40,277 bases of DNA from Macrostomum lignano. Taxonomy: Eukaryota. Position 1 is the first letter of the stretch, and each line of letters begins with the position of its first letter. The notes under the pieces are model-generated. The model was not told where the DNA came from, made no database searches, and saw nothing but the letters and a program-made list of their open reading frames with translations. The DNA lies in contig NIVC01001786.1 of NCBI GenBank assembly GCA_002269645.1, positions 1-40,277 on the forward strand. Reading direction: 5' to 3'. The position numbers were made by a program, and so were the translations under genes. Below, one piece after another: positions 26,534 through 37,024 of this stretch.

Positions 26534-26559
26534 ATGGTTTTCTCGCCGAAGACACACAC

Positions 26560-26599
<40 letters not shown>

Positions 26600-26600
26600 G

Positions 26601-26647
<47 letters not shown>

Positions 26648-26680
26648 AAACAACAACAACAACAACAACAAAAACAACAA

Positions 26681-27166
26681 ATTACGCAGCCCCGCAAGCA
26701 AATTCACAGAGCAGGGCGCGTCGCAGAACCTGAGAGCGAACGAAGTCCGCGCCTTTGGCGGTGTCAGGCGCCCCGGCGTCGCGTAGGAGGCAGTCCACGT
26801 ATCGATGGGTTTGGGCCTGACCCCGCCTGAGCGGGCCCTGCAGGGTGAGCAGCAGGACGTCCTGAACAGGTTGGGGGCAGTAGCCCTCGGCCCGGATCAC
26901 GTGGCCCGCCAGTTGAAGTCGCCGCCGGCGCAGGATGATGGACGGGCGCTGCTGCAGATCGTGCAGGGCCTCGGTCCCGACACTCTCGTCAGCTCGAAAG
27001 GCCGCACGGAGCAGCCCTGAGTGCGCCGAGTCCAGCTGCCGCTCCAGCGTAGCCGTCAGCGTCCACGTCTCGGCGTTGTAGATTAGGACGGTTTCGACCA
27101 CCGCCTGCCACAGCCGAGCCCTCTGGCGCTCTTCGGACTGGACGACGGCCCGGATCGAACGGAAGG
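26681..27166 (-). mobile_element. 5'-truncated RTE-type LINE 3' fragment with (GTT)n tail
   Basis: - strand frame AFRSIRAVV...VETVLIYNAETWTLT...LRRRRLQLAGHVIR...LRRG matches the post-RT C-terminus of RTE-clade proteins. TAA stop at 26682-26684 is followed directly by (GTT)n. CCCCACTTG is duplicated at 22025-22033 and 27167-27175. Confidence 0.8.
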
Positions 27167-27655
27167 CCCCACTTGGCATCTCAGAATTCCCCACTTGGCA
27201 TCTCAGAATTCCCCACTTGGCATCTCAGAATTCCCCACTTGGCATCTCAGAATTCCCCACTTGGTATCTCAGAATTCCCCACTTGGCATCTCAGAATTCC
27301 CCACTTGGCATCTCAGAATTCCCCACTTGGCATCTCAGAATTCCCCACTTGGTATCTCAGAATTCCCCACTTGGCATCTCAGAATTCCCCACTTGGCATC
27401 TCAGAATTCCCCACTTGGCATCTCAGAATTCCCCACTTGGTATCTCAGAATTCCCCACTTGGCATCTCAGAATTCCCCACTTGGCATCTCAGAATTCCCC
27501 ACTTGGCATCTCAGAATTCCCCACTTGGTATCTCAGAATTCCCCACTTGGCATCGCAGAATTCCCCACTTGGCATCTCAGAATTCTCCACTTGGCATTTC
27601 AGAATTCCCCACTTGGCATCTCAGAATTCCCCACTTGGCATCTCAGAATTCACCA
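27167..27655. repeat. 22-bp minisatellite (GGCATCTCAGAATTCCCCACTT), ~22 copies
   Basis: Tandem units starting exactly at the RTE 5' junction. One diverged unit remains at 22011-22033. Confidence 0.96.
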
Positions 27656-28318
27656 ATCAGTTTTGGTGCAAATGTTTAGCACTAATTCCCTGTCACACAA
27701 ATTCTAAACATCAATATTCGGGAATAGAGCTTAGTACTGAGTCTGTTTAGAAATAATAATACTCAGTCTGTATGAATTTGACAGTTTAATTACACTCAAA
27801 ACCACTTGAAAGTCTACTAACAGCAATAGAATTGGCATTTCGTATGGAGAGGTGGAAAATATTGAGTAATAAAAGCAGAAATTATTGTTTGGCAAGGCCT
27901 CTTCAATCAATTATGAGTGGCTTATACTAGCTAGAGGAGTTATATGCCAGCCTATTTTGCTTGCTTTTTAGCTGATGCCGCCATCAACTGTTTGCCAATT
28001 CCCAATAATATGGCACTGTGTTTTTTCTATTGACTGACTGACGCGAACTTTTTCAGCATCTGAAATGGGAAAACTAATTAATAGAAAAGCGGTTGCTAAA
28101 CACTGAGTGGCCCTGGCGCCACGGCTCCTCTGCCGGCCGTGTGTGTTTGATTAAACATTACTTAGCCATCAAGCACTTCCAGTTAGTCAATGTTTCTAAC
28201 ATAAACATTACAGCCGGTGCGTTTGTATGCTTTCAAGAGTCTGTGTTCGATATTTTATAGAGCTCTTTTTATCACAAGCTGATGGAGGCTACAAACAAGT
28301 TTTTAATGTGCAGAATAT

Positions 28319-29465
28319 AGCTTACCTGAGTTCACACAGTCTGTCTAGGCTTACCTGAGTTCACACAGTCTGTCTAGGCTTACCTGAGTTCACACAGTCT
28401 GTCTAGGCTTACCTGAGTTCACACAGTCTGTCTAGGCTTACCTGAGTTCACACAGTCTGTCTAGGCTTACCTGAGTTCACACAGTCTGTCTAGGCTTACC
28501 TGAGTTCACACAGTCTGTCTAGGCTTACCTGAGTTCACACAGTCTGTCTAGGCTTACCTGAGTTCACACAGTCTGTCTAGGCTTACCTGAGTTCACACAG
28601 TCTGTCTAGGCTTACCTGAGTTCACACAGTCTGTCTAGGCTTACCTGAGTTCACACAGTCTGTCTAGGCTTACCTGAGTTCACACAGTCTGTCTAGGCTT
28701 ACCTGAGTTCACACAGTCTGTCTAGGCTTACCTGAGTTCACACAGTCTGTCTAGGCTTACCTGAGTTCACACAGTCTGTCTAGGCTTACCTGAGTTCACA
28801 CAGTCTGTCTAGGCTTACCTGAGTTTACACAGTCTGTCTAGGCTTACCTGAGTTCACACAGTCTGTCTAGGCTTACCTGAGTTCACACAGTCTGTCTAGG
28901 CTTACCTGAGTTCACACAGTCTGTCTAGGCTTACCTGAGTTCACACAGTCTGTCTAGGCTTACCTGAGTTCACACAGTCTGTCTAGGCTTACCTGAGTTC
29001 ACACAGTCTGTCTAGGCTTACCTGAGTTCACACAGTCTGTCTAGGCTTACCTGAGTTCACACAGTCTGTCTAGGCTTACCTGAGTTCACACAGTCTGTCT
29101 AGGCTTACCTGAGTTCACACAGTCTGTCTAGGCTTACCTGAGTTCACACAGTCTGTCTAGGCTTACCTGAGTTCACACAGTCTGTCTAGGCTTACCTGAG
29201 TTCACACAGTCTGTCTAGGCTTACCTGAGTTCACACAGTCTGTCTAGGCTTACCTGTATCCACTCAGTCTGTAATAAGTAAGCTTACCTGGATTCACAGA
29301 GACTTGTGAAATAAGCTACCTGGAGTCACACAGACTGTGAAATAAGCTACCTGGAGTCACACAGACTGTGAAATAAGCTACCTGGAGTCACACAGACTGT
29401 GAAATAAGCTACCTGGGTTCACACAGACTGTGAAATAAGCTAGCTGGAGTCACACAGGCTGTAAT
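28319..29465. repeat. 29-bp minisatellite (CTTACCTGAGTTCACACAGTCTGTCTAGG, ~32 copies) followed by a related 30-bp variant array
   Basis: Almost perfectly homogeneous units to 29256, then ~6 diverged units (GCTACCTGGAGTCACACAGACTGTGAAATAA). Confidence 0.97.
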
Positions 29466-29489
29466 AAATTGCCCTAAATTAGAACTTGT

Positions 29490-29935
29490 ACCTCTGGCTA
29501 AGGAGAAGGGTGGCTGGGATCGAGTCCGCGAGGATTTTGAGCCCGATATACTCCTCGAGAGTCTTGAGGCACAGTTCGCAAATGCTTCTTGAAAGACGCC
29601 GGGAAGATCCAGGGGACACCGGATGTTCTTAGCAGCAGGCTCTGCCATAAACTCTATAGAGGGCATCGAGGTTACTCTTGACGTTCAGACCGCTAGCCCA
29701 TACCGAGGCTTAGTTGTGTGGGGTCCAGTTAAACCTGTGATCTAGAGTGAGGCCCAGACAACGGACCTAGCTGTTTCATCATAGAAATGTCCTTTGCATA
29801 ATGGGTGAGGCACTTCATGGTCCAGGGCAGTTTGTTGGTGAGCGTGACCGCTGTGGTTTTCGACTCTGAGAGCCCGAGGCAGGCGTCGGCAAACTCCTGC
29901 TCGTAAAGCCACTCTATCCGGACCTCTGGTTCTTT
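29490..29935 (-). mobile_element. Decayed non-LTR retrotransposon RT C-terminal fragment (R1/I/Jockey-like)
   Basis: Manual - strand translation across stops and shifts gives LGLSESKTTAVTLTNK ... CLGLTLDHRFNWTPH ... LYRVY ... LKILADSIPATL. This resembles the LINE motifs 'L.LN..KT.AVLFT.K', 'YLG+.LD..L.W..H' and 'AL.VLA..P..L'. Confidence 0.6.
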
Positions 29936-30249
29936 GAAACTTTACAAGAGCAACCCGGCCCGCTCAGGGTTTGTGTCTCTTCTCAGCTCTCTTCTCTCTC
30001 ATCTCCTCTCTCTTCTCTCTCTTCCCTACTCTCCTTTCTCCTCTCCTTTCTTTCCTTTCCTCTCCCTTCTCTCCTCTCCCTTCTTTCCTCCTGTCCAAGG
30101 ACGCTTCAAGTTAGGCTAACTGGACTGGAGACTGAACTCCGTCCTTTCTCGTTTTATTAATAGCTATGAGATTTAATGTGAGTGACTTTTGTAGTAGTAG
30201 CACTTCTGTAGCTTGCACCTCAGTACATCCCCCCTTGGTAGTTAGCGCC

Positions 30250-31545
30250 CCCATCTGCAGCTGGTGCCCTCTCAGTAGCTGGCGTCTCCTCTGTAGCTGG
30301 GACCCTCTCAGTAGCTGGCGCCCCTGTGTTGCTGGCACCCTCTCAGTAGCTGGCGCCCCTTTATTGCTGGCACCCTCTCAGTAGCTGGAGCCCCCTCTGT
30401 AGTTGGCGCCCCCTCTGTAGCTGGGACCCTCTCAGTAGCTGGCGCCATCTCATTAGCTGGCGCCCCCTCTGTTGCTGGCGCCCCTCTGTAGCTGGCGCCC
30501 CCTCTGTAGCTGACGCCCCTTTGTAGCTGGCGCCCCCTCTGTAGCTGACGCCCCTTTGTAGCTGGCGCCCCCTCTGTAGCTGGCGCCCCTCTGTAGCTGG
30601 CGCCCCCTCTGTAGCTGGCGCCCCCTCTGTAGCTGGCGTCTCCTCTGTAGCTGACGCCCCTCTGTAGCTGGCGCCCCCTCTGTAGCTGGCGCCCCTCTGT
30701 AGCTGGCGCCCCCTCTGTAGCTGGCGCCCCCTCTGTAGCTGGCGTCTCCTCTGTAGCTGGCGCCCCTCTGTAGCTGGCGCCCCTTTGTAGCTGGCGCCCC
30801 CTCTGTAGCTGGCGCCCCCTCTGTAGCTGGCGCCCCCTCTGTAGCTGGCGCCCCCTCTGTAGCTGACGCCCCTTTGTAGCTGGCGCCCCCTCTGTAGCTG
30901 GCGCCCCCTCTGTAGCTGGCGCCCCCTCTGTAGCTGGCGCCCTCTCAGTAGCTGACGCCCCTTTGTAGCTGGCGCCCCCTCTGTAGCTGGCGCCCCCTCT
31001 GTAGCTGGCGTCTCCTCTGTAGCTGGCGCCCCCTCTGTAGCTGGCGCCCCCTCTGTAGATGGCGCCCCCTCTGTAGCTGGCGCTCCCTCTGTAGCTGGCG
31101 CTCCCTCTGTAGCTGGCGCCCCCTCTGTAGCTGGCGCCCCCTCTGTAGCTGGCGCCCCCTCTGTAGCTGGCGTCTCCTCTGTAGCTGGCGCCCCCTCTGT
31201 AGCTGGCGCCCCCTCTGTAGCTGGCGTCTTCTCTGTAGCTGGCGCCCGCTCTGAAGCTGGCATCTCCTCTGTAGCTGGCGTCCTCTCAGTAGCTGGCGCC
31301 CTCTCAGTAGCTGGCGCCCCTGTGTTGCTGGCACCCTCTCAATAGCTGGCGCCCCCTCTGTAGCTGGCGTCTCCTCTGTAGCTGGCGCCCCCTCTGTAGC
31401 TGGTGCCCCTCTGTAGCTGGCGCCCCCTCTGTAGCTGGTGCCCCTCTGTAGCTGGCGCCCCCTCTGTAGCTGGCGCCCCCTCTGTAGCTGGCGCCCCCTC
31501 TGTAGCTGGCGCCCCCTCTGTAGTTGGCGCCCGTTTTGTAGCTGT
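30250..31545. repeat. 18-bp GC-rich minisatellite (GTAGCTGGCGCCCCCTCT)
   Basis: Tandem 17-18-bp units. The ORFs (APATEG, RGRQLQ) are periodic. Confidence 0.96.
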
Positions 31546-31746
31546 AGCCCCGTCCTTCTACTTGATTCGTCCCTGATAATTCACACCTTGGTGGTTGACC
31601 AATCCGAGAAATGCCCTTAGGAGATACCAAAGTGAGGGCCAGAGAATTTAAACTTTACCACCCCGTCCAGAATTAATCAGTCACACAAGCACCCAAGTCG
31701 GTGAGCTGCTGAGCTACTCAACAAAAGAAATAGCGACTCTCACACG

Positions 31747-32358
31747 ATGTCGCAAGCCGGGCCGGACAGCTCCAGCGCAGAGTTGAAGGTGAAACGGGCC
31801 AAACTTCGGGTGCTGCAGTTCGCCACGTCAACCAGCGGTCACGGATACAAGAATGTGGCCGAGTCTGAGTCCAGAATCAAAACCATTTTGTGGTCCCTGC
31901 TGCTCACTGGAGCTATCTGCGGCCTGTCCTACCACCTGGCCCTGATCTCAGTCAAGTACTTCGCCTACCAGAAGCGGGTGATCACCAACAACGTGCTGGA
32001 GCCGCTGCACTTTCCCAAAGTGGCCATCTGTCCCACCAGCTACTTTTCCAGCTACCTGATGACCCAGCCGGGTAACTGGGTAGTGCGCGACCTGCACAAT
32101 CAGCTGTTCAACTTGACCTCGCCGTATTTTGGCGTAGCCGAAGAAGATCGTCGAGAGGCGGTGGCGGACAAGGCTCTGCTGGACGCCTACCTGGAGGGCC
32201 GTCTGCCAGAGCTGGCCAATGTGACCACCGCTCTGGACTCGGTGATGCTCACCTGCAGCTTCAACTGGCGCTCGTGCAGCGCGGCGAATTTCACTGCGGT
32301 GGCCTCGGATCGGTACGGCATCTGATTTGTGTTCGAGCCGACTGGATCCAGCGCCTGG
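31747..32358 (+). CDS. DEG/ENaC (ASIC/FaNaC-like) channel, exon 1; contains in-frame TGA at 32323-32325
   Basis: F..STSGHG pre-TM1 HG motif, TM1 (ILWSLLLTGAICGLSYHL), YF.Y, LHFPKVAIC, MLTCSFNWRSC...RYGI*FVF (= YGNC[FY]TF). Donor TGG|GTGAGC at 32358/32359, phase 0. Confidence 0.85.
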
Positions 32359-32504
32359 GTGAGCTGAGCAGTTCTCAAGGGTGTCAGAGGGGGCTGCTGG
32401 TAGATTGACTGATGTTTGGTGTCACTGTGACTCACTTTTTGGCGTAAAGTGGTTCATTTGTCATTACCATGACTCATTCTCAGTATCATCGGTGTGACTT
32501 ATTT

Positions 32505-33115
32505 TTAGTATCATCTACTCTGACTCATTTTCAGTTATCATCTACCCTGACTCATTTTCAGTTATCATCTACCCTGACTCATTTTCAGTTATCATCTACC
32601 CTGACTCATTTTCAGTTATCATCTACCCTGACTCATTTTCAGTTATCATCTACCCTGACTCATTTTCAGTTATCATCTACCCTGACTCATTTTCAGTTAT
32701 CATCTACTCTGACTCATTTTCAGTTATCATCTACCCTGACTCATTTTCAGTTATCATCTACCCTGACTCATTTTCAGTTATCATCTACCCTGACTCATTT
32801 TCAGTTATCATCTACCCTGACTCATTTTCAGTTATCATCTACCCTGACTCATTTTCAGTTATCATCTACCCTGACTCATTTTCAGTTATCATCTACCCTG
32901 ACTCATTTTCAGTTATCATCTACTCTGACTCATTTTCAGTTATCATCTACCCTGACTCATTTTCAGTTATCATCTACCCTAGCTGACTCATTTTCAGTTA
33001 TCATCTACCCTAGCTGACTCATTTTCAGTTATCATCTACCCTGACTCATTTTCAGTTATCATCTACCCTGACTCATTTTCAGTACTCATGCATCTAACCC
33101 TGACTCATTTTCAGC
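32505..33115. repeat. 27-bp intronic minisatellite (TGACTCATTTTCAGTTATCATCTACCC), ~22 copies
   Basis: Tandem units within DEG/ENaC intron 1. Confidence 0.96.
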
Positions 33116-33639
33116 ATCACCACAGCTCATTTTCCCTACCATAGCCATTCCATAGCATCAGCATTCCGAATACACCGATAGTCAAATTTAAACGAGAAAA
33201 GATTTCCTGTCTCAGAAAATCTCCCACACATTGAAAAAGCGCTCATCGTTAGAAATTCTCATTAATCCATAGGGATAATGCAGAGTCATGACGAAAGTCA
33301 ACTGCAGCCCGTTTGTGTATTCAAAACCCCTGCTGCAAACACAGGTGTAGCTCAGGATCTAGGCTAGCTATATCGTACCATATTGATCGTTGAGCAGGGA
33401 GCTATTTGAGCAAATTTTTTTGTTCAGTTGGTTTCAGCTGGTCCAGAGCCCGGACCAAAGTTTGTTTTAAGTGCATAAGTTTATATTGTAACAATAATTA
33501 TTTATGAAATATTGAGATTTCCCTTTGCGTCTCGACTGAGCCATTTCATACTGGGCTGCGTCAAGTTTTTGTCTGGCGCGTCATTTGCATCGATGATGTC
33601 TATTTTCATACAGAGTGCGCCTTATTTTCATAGACGGTG

Positions 33640-34135
33640 ACTCATTTTACTAGATGGCGCCTCATTTTATTAGATGGCGCCTCATTTTCGTAGATGGCAT
33701 CTCATTTTCATAGATAGCGCCTCAATTTCGTAGCTGGCGCCTTATTTTACTAGATGGCGCCTCATTTTCGTAGGTAGCGCCTCATTTTACTGGATGGCGC
33801 CTGATTTTACTAGATGGCGCCTCATTTTATTAGATGAAGTCACATTTTCATAGATGGCGCCTCATTTTACTAGATGGTGTCTCATTTTCGTAGATGGCAA
33901 CTCATTTTACTGGATGGCGCCTCATTTTCGTAGATGGCGCTTCATTTTCGTAGATGGATTCCTCATTTTACTAGATGACGCCTCATTTTCGTAGATGGCG
34001 CCTGATTTTACTACATGGCGCCTCACTTTACTAGATGAAGTCATATTTTTTTAGATGGCGCCTCATTTTATTAGATGAAGTCTCATTTTCGTAGATGATG
34101 ATTTCGTAGATAGCGCCTCAATTTGATACAGAGGG
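33640..34135. repeat. 20-bp intronic minisatellite (CGCCTCATTTTACTAGATGG), ~24 degenerate copies
   Basis: Tandem units running up to the exon 2 acceptor. Confidence 0.93.
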
Positions 34136-34151
34136 CGCCCCATCTTCATAG

Positions 34152-35052
34152 GCCTTGCGAACCCGCCCGCAGGCCTACGGCGGCTACGACAACGGCCTGA
34201 CCCTCACGCTGGCCTACGAAGGCCTGAAGGACAGCTACTTCAGCACCTCGACACGGTACACTCGGGGCTACGCCTTCCTGCTGACCCCTTACGACAAGTT
34301 CACCAACTTCTTTCGGGCGGCGCCAGTGCCGGCGCCCGCTGGCCACCGCACGGACATCGGCCTGATGGTCGAGCGCACCAAACGGATGACCACCATCAAC
34401 GACCCGTGCACCAAGCACCATCAGGCTGTCAACTTTGACGGCTCCTCCGAGAACTACGACTACGACACGGTGAACTGCGTCGACATGGCGTTGAACTCGG
34501 CGATCAAAACCGCCTGCGGCTGCGTCACGGACAACCTGCCGATTCCGCTGCCGCTGCAGCGGGACAGACGCTGCAGCCGGTTGAATTTCACCCGACTGGC
34601 CGGGGCGCCGCCGCGGATCAACTCCTTCGACCGGATGATGCTGGACAAAGCTTGCGTCGACAATCAGCTACGATTTAACGACGATCTGACAGTCTACGGA
34701 CGGCTGGTGTCCGCCTGTCAGAAGGCCTGCAAAGAGGAGGGCATTGTGGCCCACGCCGCCACAACGGCTCTGCCAACAACCTCTGCGGGCAGCGGCGGCA
34801 CTGCTGGCAGTCAGTGGACCGGCGACGTTGAGCGACTGCTGCTGCAGACCTGGCAGAGGGCGCCCGACCGGTCCTTCATTCCAGCGCTGATCAACGTCAG
34901 CTCAGCAGGCGGCAAGATGCTCAGCGGTATATCGGCCAGCGACCACGTGGTTCAAGCCAACATCTACTTCCTGTCCTCTAGGGTTACCCTGTTCGAGGAG
35001 GACTGGCAATATCCCATTGAGAGCTTCCTGTCTGAGGCTGGCGGAGTGATTG
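34152..35052 (+). CDS. DEG/ENaC channel, exon 2 (extracellular palm/thumb, pre-TM2)
   Basis: Acceptor CTTCATAG| at 34151, phase 0, matching the exon 1 donor. Contains G..NGLTLTL, a Cys-rich thumb (C...ACGC...C...C...CQKAC..E), VQANIYF and YPIESFLSEAGG. Donor ATTG|GTGAGC at 35052/35053, phase 1. Confidence 0.9.
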
Positions 35053-35077
35053 GTGAGCTGACCAGGCCGGGAAGTTG

Positions 35078-35752
35078 GTTGGGGATATGTACAGTTGGTT
35101 GAGGATATGTACAGTTGGTTGGGGACATGTACAGTTGGTTGAGGATATGTACAGTTGGTTGGGGATATGTACAATTGGTTGAGGATATGTACAGTTGGTT
35201 GGGGATATGTACAGTTGGTTGGGGACATGTACAGTTGGTTAAGGATATGTACAGTTGGTTGGGGATATGTACAGTTGGTTGGGGACATGTACAGTTGGTT
35301 GAGGATATGTACAGTGGGTTGGGGTTATGCACAGTTGGTCGGGGATATGTACAGTTGGTTGGGGATATGTACAGTTGGTTGGGGACATGTACAGTTGTTT
35401 GGGGATATGTACAGTTGGTTGGGGATATGTACAGTTGGTTGGGGACATGTACAGTTGGTTGAGGATATGTACAGTGGGTTGGGGTTATGCACAGTTGGTC
35501 GGGGATATGTACAGTTGGTTGGGGATATGTACAGTTGGTTGGGGACATGTACAGTTGGTTGGGGACATGTACAGTTGGTTGAGGATATGTACAGTGGGTT
35601 GGGGTTATGCACAGTTGGTCGGGGATATGTACAGTTGGTTGGGGATATGTACAGTTGGTTGGGGACATGTACAGTTGGTTGGGGACATGTACAGTTGGTT
35701 GAGGATATGTACAGTGGGTTGGGGTTATGCACAGTTGGTCGGGGATATGTAC
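35078..35752. repeat. 20-bp intronic minisatellite (GGGGATATGTACAGTTGGTT), ~33 copies
   Basis: Tandem units within DEG/ENaC intron 2. Confidence 0.96.
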
Positions 35753-35947
35753 AGTGTTGGCTGTGGTCAAAGAACACAATCGAAACACAAAATTGGCCCG
35801 ATGCTTGTCGTGCGATTATCCAAGGCAGTGCATGACAGAGAACGTCAAGGTTGCTGTGCATACCTTTCGTGCCCGTTCAGGGGACAGTCTGGTAAACTAA
35901 TTTAGCATCAACTACACTTGGTTGAATAACTAATTCTGCCTCGCCAG

Positions 35948-36114
35948 GTCTCTGGGTCGGAGCCTCCGTCCTAACCATGCTGGAATTCGTAGAACTACTC
36001 GTTGGCCTAATCGCGATAGGGTTCAACATCCGATCCGCTAAATGCCACGCTGCTGGCCGAGCTGACAGCACGGAGCTGGTGGAAGCTACTGCCGCAGTGA
36101 ACAAGGCGGCCTAA
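35948..36114 (+). CDS. DEG/ENaC channel, exon 3 (TM2, GAS selectivity filter, C-terminus)
   Basis: Acceptor CTCGCCAG| at 35947, phase 1, giving GLWVGASVLTMLEFVELL...NKAA*. AATAAA at 36124-36129. Spliced length is 1680 nt (559 aa). Confidence 0.9.
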
Positions 36115-36174
36115 CTTTCTGAGAATAAATGAACCCGATTCAGCGGGTGATCCGATTAAACGGGGTGAAATTTA

Positions 36175-37024
36175 CAGTGCTGGTACTCCTAGCAGGGGTT
36201 TAATCATGATTTTTTCTTTCATTTGAATGCTGCGCCAGCACCAGGGGCTTTAGCACCAGGGGCTTTAGCACCAGGGGCTTTAGCACCAGGGGCTTTAGCA
36301 CCAGGGGCTTTAGCAACAGGGGCACCAGCACTAGGGGCGCCAGCACCAGGGGCGCCAGCACCAGGGGCACCAGCACCAGGGGCGCCAGCACCAGGGGCGC
36401 CAGCACCAGGGGCGCCAGCACCAGGGGCGCCAGCACCAGGGGCGCCAGCAACAGGGGCGCCAGCACCAGGGGCGCCAGCACCAGGGGCGCCAGCACCAGG
36501 GGCGCCAGCACCAGGGGCGCCAGCACCAGGGGCGCCAGCACCAGGGCGCCAGCACCAGGGGCGCCAGCAACAGGGGCGCCAGCACCAGGGGCGCCAGCAC
36601 CAGGGGCTTTAGCACCAGGGGCTTTAGCAACAGGGGCGCCAGCAACAGGGGCACCAGCACTAGGGGCGCCAGCACCAGGGGCGCCAGCACCAGGGGCACC
36701 AGCACCAAGGGGCGCCAGCACCAGGGGCGCCAGCACCAGGGGCGCCAGCACCAGGGGCGCCAGCACCAGGGGCGCCAGCACCAGGGGCGCCAGCACCAGG
36801 GGCGCCAGCACCAGGGGCGCCAGCACCAGGGGCGCCAGCACCAGGGGCGCCAGCACCAGGGGCGCCAGCACCAGGGGCGCCAGCACCAGGGGCGCCAGCA
36901 CCAGGGGCGCCAGCACCAGGGGCGCCAGCACCAGGGGCGCCAGCACCAGGGGCGCCAGCAACAGGACAAGCCCCTTAACAGTTTCTAACAAATATTCTTG
37001 AGACATAGCTGAGCAGTAGCACTG
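36175..37024. mobile_element. Tc1/mariner-like MITE (CAGTG...CACTG termini, TA TSD) filled with a 15-bp satellite
   Basis: Left TA|CAGTGCTGGTACTC and right GAGCAGTAGCACTG|TA form an imperfect 14-bp TIR with the outer 7 bp perfect. No transposase ORF. Confidence 0.55.
36232..36965. repeat. 15-bp minisatellite (GCCAGCACCAGGGGC), ~48 copies
   Basis: Tandem units. The ORFs (LVLAP, APAPG, WCWRP) are periodic. Confidence 0.97.

Larger units (their letters stand above)
22106..26680 (+). mobile_element. Near full-length Ingi/I-group non-LTR retrotransposon (2A-PHD-PHD-APE-RT-RNase H-CCHC) ending in (CAA)n
   Basis: Short structured 5' UTR, a single long coding region split by one frameshift, a ~27-nt 3' UTR and a (CAA)n tail at 26560-26680. 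The domain order with RNase H and an N-terminal 2A motif is characteristic of Ingi-related I-group elements. Confidence 0.9.

Noticed and set aside
26534-26830. Poly-Gln ORF after the LINE stop, and poly-Thr/Leu/Cys ORFs at 21923-22117 and 26425-26733
   Set aside because: Translations of the (CAA)n tails.
30361-31630. APATEG / RGRQLQ repeat proteins resembling mucins or antifreeze proteins
   Set aside because: Frequent 17- and 18-bp unit switching shifts frames. It is a non-coding satellite upstream of the channel gene.
32323-32325. Selenocysteine assignment of the channel TGA as a firm call
   Set aside because: No SECIS-like hairpin was recognised, AATAAA lies 10 nt after the stop, and no DEG/ENaC selenoprotein is known to me. 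Kept only as a minor alternative in the finding.
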